32,000 nucleotides of DNA, from contig NZ_CM001976.1 in assembly GCF_000406145.1 (NCBI RefSeq), positions 2,741,337-2,773,336 of the forward strand, given 5' to 3'. Both the position numbers and the translations under genes were made by a program. Of this stretch, positions 26,064-32,000 are shown in pieces; the first letter of the stretch is position 1; each line of letters begins with the position of its first letter. This stretch comes from Dickeya dadantii NCPPB 898 (GTDB lineage Bacteria; Pseudomonadota; Gammaproteobacteria; Enterobacterales; Enterobacteriaceae). Under the pieces are notes generated by a model. It did no database searches. It was not told where the DNA came from and saw only the letters and a program-made list of their open reading frames with translations.

Positions 26064-26560
26064 ATGAAGAAAAAATTTCACTATTACTACTTTTATTTCC
26101 ACTGACGGAAATGACATCCGCCACTAATACAAATCACGCCGATATCTATCAGCAGTATTATGCCAAAATGGCAGGTAATATTTGTAACAACCTTACTAAC
26201 AAAGACAGCGAGATGGGAATCTATCAGTGTGCGACATTAATGAAAAAAGATGCCGACGCAAAACTCACCACACGTACCAACGAGATTAATCAGGTACTCA
26301 GTAGGTTAAGCGATGATGATGAACATAAAGAGTTGATAAAATACTTCAAGGAAGATCAGTTGCAATGGGAGCGTCACCGTAATAAGCGTTGCAAATTGCG
26401 GGTGACAAATTTAGAACAAGACTCTCCGCAATATATATCTGAAACATTCTTGTGTCAGGCAGTAGATGCCGTTTTCGTGGCCTACATGTCATTCCAGAAA
26501 GCAGAGTATACTATGAATGGCTGGCTACCTGTGAGGCGGCAGAAAACTATCGTCGGATAG
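26048..26560 (+). CDS. DUF1311/LprI-family (lysozyme-inhibitor-like) 4-Cys protein; start uncertain
   Basis: The pattern is C46-x14-C61, KKDADAKL, QLQWERHRNKRC115 and FLC136, which fits the DUF1311 consensus C..t..E...C...ad.eLn...Q..W...r...C....C as I recall it. The track ORF starts at a TTG. The good-looking ATG at 26064 is one base out of frame across an A6 run (26070-26075). AT-rich. Confidence 0.6.
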   Translation: MARIFYEEKISLLLLLFPLTEMTSATNTNHADIYQQYYAKMAGNICNNLTNKDSEMGIYQCATLMKKDADAKLTTRTNEINQVLSRLSDDDEHKELIKYFKEDQLQWERHRNKRCKLRVTNLEQDSPQYISETFLCQAVDAVFVAYMSFQKAEYTMNGWLPVRRQKTIVG

Positions 26561-26710
26561 AAACGCTAAACAGCGAGCCTGGAATGCCGTAAGCCATTTT
26601 TGTCACCCTCGTGTTTATGTGCCGCCAGACTCCCCTGACACGCACTTAATGGTACACTTAGCCCCCAGCAACGCTGGACCACCGGCCCCATGAACACGAG
26701 TTACCGTTAA

Positions 26711-27652
26711 ATGTCAGAAAATCAATCTGTTACACCCAAAGAGCAGTACAACCTTAACAAACTTCAAAAACGCCTGCGCCGACACGTGGGCGAAGCGATC
26801 GTCGATTTCAATATGATCGAAGACGGCGATCGGATCATGGTGTGTCTGTCCGGTGGCAAAGACAGCTACACCATGCTGGAGATTCTGCGCAATCTGCAGC
26901 AAAGCGCGCCGGTGAATTTCTCGCTGGTGGCGGTGAATCTTGACCAAAAACAGCCGGGGTTCCCGGAACATGTGCTGCCGCAGTATCTGGACAGCATTGG
27001 CGTTGAATACAAGATTGTGGAAGAGAATACCTACGGCATCGTTAAAGAGAAGATTCCGGAAGGTAAGACTACTTGCTCGCTGTGCTCGCGTCTGCGCCGC
27101 GGCATTCTGTACCGTACCGCCACCGAGCTGGGTGCGACTAAAATTGCGCTCGGCCATCACCGTGACGATATCCTGCAAACGCTATTTCTGAACATGTTCT
27201 ACGGCGGCAAACTGAAAGGCATGCCGCCGAAACTGGTGAGCGACGACGGCAAGCATGTGGTGATCCGCCCGCTGGCATACTGCCGTGAAAAAGACATTGA
27301 ACGTTTTGCCGAGGCGCGCCAGTTCCCGATCATCCCGTGTAATCTGTGCGGTTCGCAGCCCAACCTGCAACGTCAGGTGATCAAGGACATGCTGCGCGAC
27401 TGGGACAAACGCTACCCCGGCCGCATCGAAACCATGTTCAGCGCCATGCAGAATGCGGTGCCGTCGCATCTGTGCGACACCAATCTGTTCGATTTCAAAT
27501 CGATTCGTCAGGGCAGCGAGGTGGTGGACGGCGGCGATCTGGCGTTCGACCGCGAAGAGATGCCATTACAGCCAGCAGGCTGGCAGCCGGATGAAGATGA
27601 AGAAGACAACGCTCGCCCGCTGGAGCGACTGAACGTACTGGAAATCCGTTAA
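26711..27652 (+). CDS. ttcA: tRNA 2-thiocytidine(32) synthetase TtcA
   Basis: 313 aa and near-collinear with E. coli TtcA. It has the PP-loop motif ([17 protein letters not shown]) and Cys motifs ([18 protein letters not shown]). Confidence 0.95.
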   Translation: MSENQSVTPKEQYNLNKLQKRLRRHVGEAIVDFNMIEDGDRIMVCLSGGKDSYTMLEILRNLQQSAPVNFSLVAVNLDQKQPGFPEHVLPQYLDSIGVEYKIVEENTYGIVKEKIPEGKTTCSLCSRLRRGILYRTATELGATKIALGHHRDDILQTLFLNMFYGGKLKGMPPKLVSDDGKHVVIRPLAYCREKDIERFAEARQFPIIPCNLCGSQPNLQRQVIKDMLRDWDKRYPGRIETMFSAMQNAVPSHLCDTNLFDFKSIRQGSEVVDGGDLAFDREEMPLQPAGWQPDEDEEDNARPLERLNVLEIR

Positions 27653-27658
27653 TTGATC

Positions 27659-27692
27659 GGCGGTCGAACGGCCGCCAACGTTCTCTCTTTCC
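27659..27692 (+). terminator. Candidate ttcA terminator
   Basis: Stem GGCGGTC / GGCCGCC (one G:U pair) with loop GAAC, followed by the moderately T-rich AACGTTCTCTCTTTCC. Confidence 0.4.
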
Positions 27693-27710
27693 GTATGCTG
27701 CCTTTCCTGA

Positions 27711-27739
27711 TAAAAACGGGTGTTCAGACCAGACACCCG
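27711..27739 (-). terminator. Minus-strand rho-independent terminator downstream of FnrS
   Basis: The reverse strand reads CGGGTGT-ctggtctga-ACACCCG followed by TTTTTATC. Confidence 0.5.
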
Positions 27740-27796
27740 CATCCACAGACACCCCACCGGCACAGGTTTAAGCATGTCGCGTACTGAATCGCGGGC

Positions 27797-27915
27797 AAAA
27801 AAAAGCCGACAAAACGTCGGCATGGTGTGAATTAATTGTGCTATGCAGTAATTCAAAAAAGGAAGTAAGACAATATGGAGCGCAACGCCCATCGCTTGAC
27901 GTTGCATTCACCTGC
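27797..27915 (-). ncRNA. fnrS: FnrS small regulatory RNA (FNR-activated, Hfq-dependent)
   Basis: The reverse strand reads GCAGGTGAATGCAACGTCAAGCGATGGGCGTTGCGCTCCATATTGTCTTACTTCCTTTTTTGAATTACTGCATAGCACAATT..., essentially identical over ~85 nt to E. coli FnrS as I recall it. It ends in the terminator GCCGAC-gttt-GTCGGC plus T8. It lies next to zntB (ydaN), as in E. coli. Confidence 0.85.
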
Positions 27916-27950
27916 GAGAAGGATAGTGCCGCAGACGTAGACCAAAAATG

Positions 27951-27964
27951 TTGATATTGCTCAA
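27951..27964. promoter_or_regulatory. FNR box TTGATattgCTCAA for the fnrS promoter
   Basis: It has 9/10 matches to TTGAT-N4-ATCAA. The centre is ~42 bp upstream of the inferred FnrS 5' end (27915), which is the class II FNR position. Confidence 0.6.
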
Positions 27965-28032
27965 TATTGACCATGGTTTTTATCATCGCCGCCGGTTGTG
28001 TGATATCCCACGCAATAATTCCGCCATGACAC

Positions 28033-29019
28033 TCACAACCATTTACTACGCTTTAACCACCAGGCAACGCCGCTGACCAACAACACCAACAACAGGCAGA
28101 ACACGCCGAATCCGATACCGCTGTTAGCACCTGGAATCCCGCCCAAATTAACGCCAAACAACCCGGTCAGAAACGTAGTCGGCAGGAAAACCATCGCCAG
28201 CAACGACATGGTATACGTACGCCGGTTCATGGCGTCGGTCATCAGCGTGGTGATTTCATCGGCAATCACTGTCGTTCGGGCGATGCTGGCGTCCAGATCT
28301 TCCAGACCCCGGCCGAGGCGCTCGGCAATTTCCTGCATGCGGCGGCGGTCGTCATCCTGCATCCAGCCAAACTTCTCGCCGGACAAGCGCGAGAAAATAT
28401 CGCGCTGCGGCGTCATGTAGCGGCGTAACACAATCAGCTGCTTGCGAATCAACGCCAGTTCGCCGCGCGGCGGAATGCGCTGTTCCAGCAACGCATCTTC
28501 CAGATCGATGATTTTCTCGTGCAGCTCATCAATAAACTCGCTGGTGTGATCGGTTAACGCCTCGGCGATAGACACCATCCAGTCTCCGCTGTTGGCAGGA
28601 CCGTTACCCTCTTTCAGATCGCTCATTACCTCATCGATCGCCGCTACTTTACGCCGCCGGGTGGAGACAATCAGGCGATCGGTGATGAAGACCCGGATCG
28701 CCACCAGCTCATCCGGCCGGGCATCAGGGTTATAATTGATGCTGCGCAGGGTCACCAGCGTGCCTTCACCAAGCCGTACGACGCGAGGACGGGCGCTTTC
28801 CCCCGCCAGCGCGTTACGTACGCTGTCCGGCAGCAGCGTGGTTTCATGCAGCCAGCGCACGCTGGCTGGTTGCGTCGAGTCAAGGTGCAGCCAGGCAGGC
28901 AGAAACGCCTCCTCGCCCAGACCACTCTCCGCCAGCGGCAGAATGCCTCCCCTGCCGTCCAGTTGACAGGTAAAGACGGCGCCGGTGTGCCGGATAGCTT
29001 TACTTTCAGTCACTTCCAC
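28033..29019 (-). CDS. zntB: Zinc transport protein ZntB (CorA superfamily)
   Basis: 328 aa with a cytoplasmic N-domain and two C-terminal TM segments carrying the GVNLGGIPG (GxN) motif. The C-terminus ends in WWLKRSKWL. Synteny with ttcA and fnrS supports the call. Confidence 0.92.
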   Translation of the reverse strand: MEVTESKAIRHTGAVFTCQLDGRGGILPLAESGLGEEAFLPAWLHLDSTQPASVRWLHETTLLPDSVRNALAGESARPRVVRLGEGTLVTLRSINYNPDARPDELVAIRVFITDRLIVSTRRRKVAAIDEVMSDLKEGNGPANSGDWMVSIAEALTDHTSEFIDELHEKIIDLEDALLEQRIPPRGELALIRKQLIVLRRYMTPQRDIFSRLSGEKFGWMQDDDRRRMQEIAERLGRGLEDLDASIARTTVIADEITTLMTDAMNRRTYTMSLLAMVFLPTTFLTGLFGVNLGGIPGANSGIGFGVFCLLLVLLVSGVAWWLKRSKWL

Positions 29020-29156
29020 ACGTTATCTCCCACTATGCACACGGTTTCCATCTTACTGTCTGCATCAATGACTGCAATCAGAAAGAGTGCATCCTCCGCC
29101 GCAGGCGCCGAGCCAGGGCGGAGTCGCGTGCACCACATGACGCAATGACGCTCCGT

Positions 29157-29193
29157 CAGTCAGTGTTTCAGAATCCAGTCAGTGTTTCAGAAT
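29157..29193. repeat. 18-bp exact tandem duplication (19-bp period) spanning the mppA stop codon
   Basis: CAGTCAGTGTTTCAGAAT occurs at 29157-29174 and 29176-29193. On the coding (-) strand this duplicates ATTCTGAAACACTGACTG, meaning codons ILKH plus the stop. Confidence 0.8.
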
Positions 29194-30810
29194 ATAGAGC
29201 GTCTGACTGTAGGCGACATCCTCAGGGTTGGCGATGGGATACCCTTTCACCCAAGGCTTGATCAACCGGCCGTTGGTGTACTGGTAAATCGGCGCGATCG
29301 GCGCCTGCTCCGCCAGGATCTGCTCGGCGCGGTTGTAATCCTCGTTCAGCACCTTACGGTCGGTCTGCCCGGCGGTATCCGCCATCAATCGATCGTAATC
29401 GGCGTTGTTGAAACGGGCGATATTGCCGCTGTGACTGGCGGTCAGCAGCGACAGGAAGGTGGACGGCTCGTTGTAATCGCCGACCCAGGAAGCGCGTATG
29501 ACATCAAAATTACCCGTATTGCGGCTGTCGATGTACGTTTTCCATTCCTGATTCACCAGTTTCACGTCTACGCCGAGTTTGGTTTTCCACATCGACGCGA
29601 CGGCGATGGCAATTTTTTGATGCACTTCCTGCGTGTTGTACAGCAGGGTCAGTTTCAGCGGTTTAGACGGACCATAGCCGGCCGCCGTCATTAGCGCCTT
29701 GGCCTGCATATCCAGTTCGGCCTGCGAGTACTGCTGCAATTGTCCCGGCTGCGGCGTGAACCCGGCGGTAACATCCGGCGTAAGGCGATACGCCGGTTTC
29801 TCGCCGGTTCCCAACACTTTCCCGGCGATAATCTTACGGTCGATGGCATAAGACAGCGCCTTGCGCACCCGCGCGTCGTTGGTCGGCGCTCGCTGCGTGT
29901 TGAACGCATAGTAATAGGTGCCGAGTTGGTCCGGGGTAAAGACCTGCCCCGGCAAGTCCTTCAGCAGCTTCTGATACTGGTTCTTGGGAAACGACTCGGT
30001 GATGTCGATATCGTCGGCCTGATAGCGCTTGGTGGCGTTGGATTCCTGATTGATCGGCACAAAGGTGACCTGCGTCAGCCGGGTATTGGCGTGATCCCAG
30101 TAATGGCTATTCGGCGTCAGCACCAGTTTTTCATTGACCACCCGATCTTTCAGTACGAAAGCGCCATTGCCCACCAGATTGCCCGGTTTGATCCACTCGT
30201 TGCCGTATTTTTCCACCGTAGCCTGATGCACCGGATAAAGACAGAAATTGGCCATCAGGCTGATGAAATAAGGCACCGGCTTGCTCAGTTGCACCTTTAA
30301 CGTGTGATCGTCAACCGCCATGACGCCCAGTTTGTCGGCGGGCAGCTTGCCGGCCAGGATATCATCCGCATTGACGATCCCCGTCAGCCGGATAAACCAG
30401 CTAAACGGCGACGTATTTTGCGGCGTCGCCAGTCGCCGCCAGCTGTAGACAAAGTCTCTGGCGGTGACCGGATCGCCGTTCGACCAGCGCGCGTCAGGGC
30501 GCAGAGTAAAAATAAAGGTGCGGTTATCGTTAGTCTGCCAGCGCTGAGCGACGCCGGGGATCGGATTACCCTGCGCGTCCTGATTCACCAGCCCTTCGAA
30601 CAGGTCGCGAATCACCTGAATCTCCGGCAAACCAACCGCTTTAATCGGGTCCAGCGACGCCGGTTCATCCTTGATGTGGCGGACGATCTCCTGCCGGTCC
30701 GCCAGAACGGCGCCGGCAGGAACCTGCGCCGCGCCTGCCGGGTTCATCAGCGCTGTCATCAGGACGGCGGAAACCACGCCGACGGAAACTGCGGAATAAC
30801 GAAAGTGCAT
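29179..30810 (-). CDS. mppA: Periplasmic murein tripeptide / oligopeptide-binding protein (OppA family, MppA-like)
   Basis: 543 aa with a signal peptide (..MNPAGAA). It is collinear with family-5 SBPs (LFEGLV, WSNGDPVTARDFVYSW, YNGAFVL-type motifs). It is divergent from mpaA, which processes the same substrate. The MppA versus OppA choice is contextual. Confidence 0.72.
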   Translation of the reverse strand: MHFRYSAVSVGVVSAVLMTALMNPAGAAQVPAGAVLADRQEIVRHIKDEPASLDPIKAVGLPEIQVIRDLFEGLVNQDAQGNPIPGVAQRWQTNDNRTFIFTLRPDARWSNGDPVTARDFVYSWRRLATPQNTSPFSWFIRLTGIVNADDILAGKLPADKLGVMAVDDHTLKVQLSKPVPYFISLMANFCLYPVHQATVEKYGNEWIKPGNLVGNGAFVLKDRVVNEKLVLTPNSHYWDHANTRLTQVTFVPINQESNATKRYQADDIDITESFPKNQYQKLLKDLPGQVFTPDQLGTYYYAFNTQRAPTNDARVRKALSYAIDRKIIAGKVLGTGEKPAYRLTPDVTAGFTPQPGQLQQYSQAELDMQAKALMTAAGYGPSKPLKLTLLYNTQEVHQKIAIAVASMWKTKLGVDVKLVNQEWKTYIDSRNTGNFDVIRASWVGDYNEPSTFLSLLTASHSGNIARFNNADYDRLMADTAGQTDRKVLNEDYNRAEQILAEQAPIAPIYQYTNGRLIKPWVKGYPIANPEDVAYSQTLYILKH

Positions 30811-30959
30811 GTTGTGTCCTTAACCAAAGAGGCCCTGTCTTCGCCAGCCCGCCGTATCGTGCCGACGCCGCGGGAGGGATGCAGGAACAACCGGGAGTCA
30901 TCTCTGCGCACGGAAGACGGCACGCGATCATCACCGGTCAAAAAAAGAAATTCGTCTAT

Positions 30960-30991
30960 ACCGTCATGTATCAAGACCGTCATGCATCAAG
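30960..30991. repeat. 16-bp tandem direct repeat in the mppA-mpaA divergent promoter region
   Basis: ACCGTCATGTATCAAG (30960-30975) and ACCGTCATGCATCAAG (30976-30991) differ at one position. Confidence 0.8.
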
Positions 30992-31220
30992 CGGCAGGCA
31001 CGTGCGCTGCCCAGCAAGCACTCCAGAGCATTGAGGGTATATCTACTGAAAAAATCGTTATCAGGCTGGAAGTTATCATAGTCTCAAACCTGCTCTTCCA
31101 GCCAGCGGCGCGACGCCGGTTTGCGGAGCGTTCCGCGATTTCGGGCCGGCTCCCGCGACCAGCAGGGATTTTTTGTTATCATCAGGCAAAACACCGCTGA
31201 CTATTGTTCAGGATGCCGCC

Positions 31221-31952
31221 ATGACAGACACCGAGTTTCTTTATCGACCCCGTACCGAACGCGGGTTCTTTACTTCGCCGGGCCAGGAGTATGGCCGCTC
31301 CCGGCTGGGTGCGCCGCTGCTTTGGTTCCCGGCGGAAGTGGAAGGAAAACACAGCGGATTGATCCTCGCCGGCACGCACGGCGACGAAACCGCGTCGGTG
31401 GTGGCGCTCTCCTGCGCGTTGCGTACGCTAGCGCCGGGCAGCCGGGCTCACCATGTGGTACTGGCGGTCAATCCGGATGGCTGTCAGTTGGGCCTGCGCG
31501 CCAATGCCGGCGGCGTCGATCTCAACCGTAATTTCCCGGCGGCCAACTGGCAGCCGGATGGCACTGTCTACCGCTGGAGCGAAGACACGCCAGTGCGCGA
31601 CGTACAGCTCTCCACCGGCGATCGCCCCGGCTCCGAGCCGGAAACGCAGGCATTGTGTCGCCTGATCGATCGGCTATCGCCGCCGTGGGTGGTGTCCTTT
31701 CATGAGCCGCTGGCCTGCATCGACGATCCCCATCGTTCCGAGCTGGGCGGCTGGCTGGCGCGTGAATTCGCGCTGCCGCTGGTCGACAGCGTGGGCTACC
31801 CAACGCCGGGATCGTTTGGCAGTTGGTGCGCCGAGCGCCGCCTGCATTGCATCACCGCCGAGTTGCCGGTGATTGCCGCCGACAGCGCCAATCACCGCTA
31901 TCTGACCGCCCTGACCCGGTTGCTGTCCCATAATTTTTTATACCAATGTTGA
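31221..31952 (+). CDS. mpaA: Murein peptide amidase A (gamma-D-Glu-mDAP carboxypeptidase, M14 family)
   Basis: The ATG at 31221 gives 243 aa. It is collinear with E. coli MpaA as recalled (LILAGTHGDE, HHVVLAVNPDGCQLGLRANAGGVDLNRNFPAANW, GSEPETQALCRLI, TPGSFGSWCA). Confidence 0.9.
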   Translation: MTDTEFLYRPRTERGFFTSPGQEYGRSRLGAPLLWFPAEVEGKHSGLILAGTHGDETASVVALSCALRTLAPGSRAHHVVLAVNPDGCQLGLRANAGGVDLNRNFPAANWQPDGTVYRWSEDTPVRDVQLSTGDRPGSEPETQALCRLIDRLSPPWVVSFHEPLACIDDPHRSELGGWLAREFALPLVDSVGYPTPGSFGSWCAERRLHCITAELPVIAADSANHRYLTALTRLLSHNFLYQC

Positions 31953-32000
31953 TCATGTTGCCCTACACTGATCGACATGTTAATCACCTGTAATGAAGGA

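Noticed and set aside
27768-27986. 72-aa minus-strand ORF, and a 21-codon plus-strand micro-ORF (MERNAHRLTLHSPARRIVPQT) with an AAGGAAG upstream
   Set aside because: The region is explained by the FnrS sRNA, its terminator and its FNR-dependent promoter. The long ORF would have to read through an intrinsic terminator. The micro-ORF is antisense to FnrS.
30304-31200. 298-aa plus-strand ORF antisense to mppA that runs into the mpaA upstream region
   Set aside because: It is a shadow frame and Arg-rich. mppA on the other strand has a signal peptide and SBP family motifs.

Overview
The window looks like a chromosomal segment from an Enterobacterales genome, possibly Pectobacteriaceae or Dickeya-like. 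By eye it is roughly 55-60% GC. Most of it is core genes in E. coli-like synteny. Left to right: rstA-rstB, then asr, a ydgU-like micro-ORF and ydgD. Next come the lactate operon lldP-lutABC, hrpA (-) divergent from azoR (+), and ynbE-ydbH (-). These are followed by an Aer-type PAS chemoreceptor, ldhA, a DUF333-like lipoprotein (-), a second chemoreceptor ending in DWESF, and an orphan lipoprotein (-). After the islet described below come ttcA, the sRNA FnrS (-) with an FNR box, zntB (-), and mppA (-) divergent from mpaA (+). No tRNA, rRNA, CRISPR array, IS element or integrase was seen. The most unusual locus is an AT-rich islet at about 24.3-26.6 kb, just upstream of ttcA. It holds a 694-aa leaderless protein with a proline-rich N-terminal region, a lytic-transglycosylase-like segment and a GH73 glucosaminidase module. 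An ERIC-like repeat follows, then a small 4-Cys DUF1311/LprI-type (lysozyme-inhibitor family) ORF. I read this as a candidate orphan muralytic effector-immunity pair with no recognisable secretion apparatus in the window. Other items worth a second look: asr carries six 45-bp repeat units and is broken by six single-A indels; an RstA-box-like site lies just upstream of asr; several 16-22 bp tandem duplications occur, two of them spanning stop codons; ydbL is missing and repeat DNA sits in its place. All family assignments come from motif recognition and recalled synteny. No database search was run.
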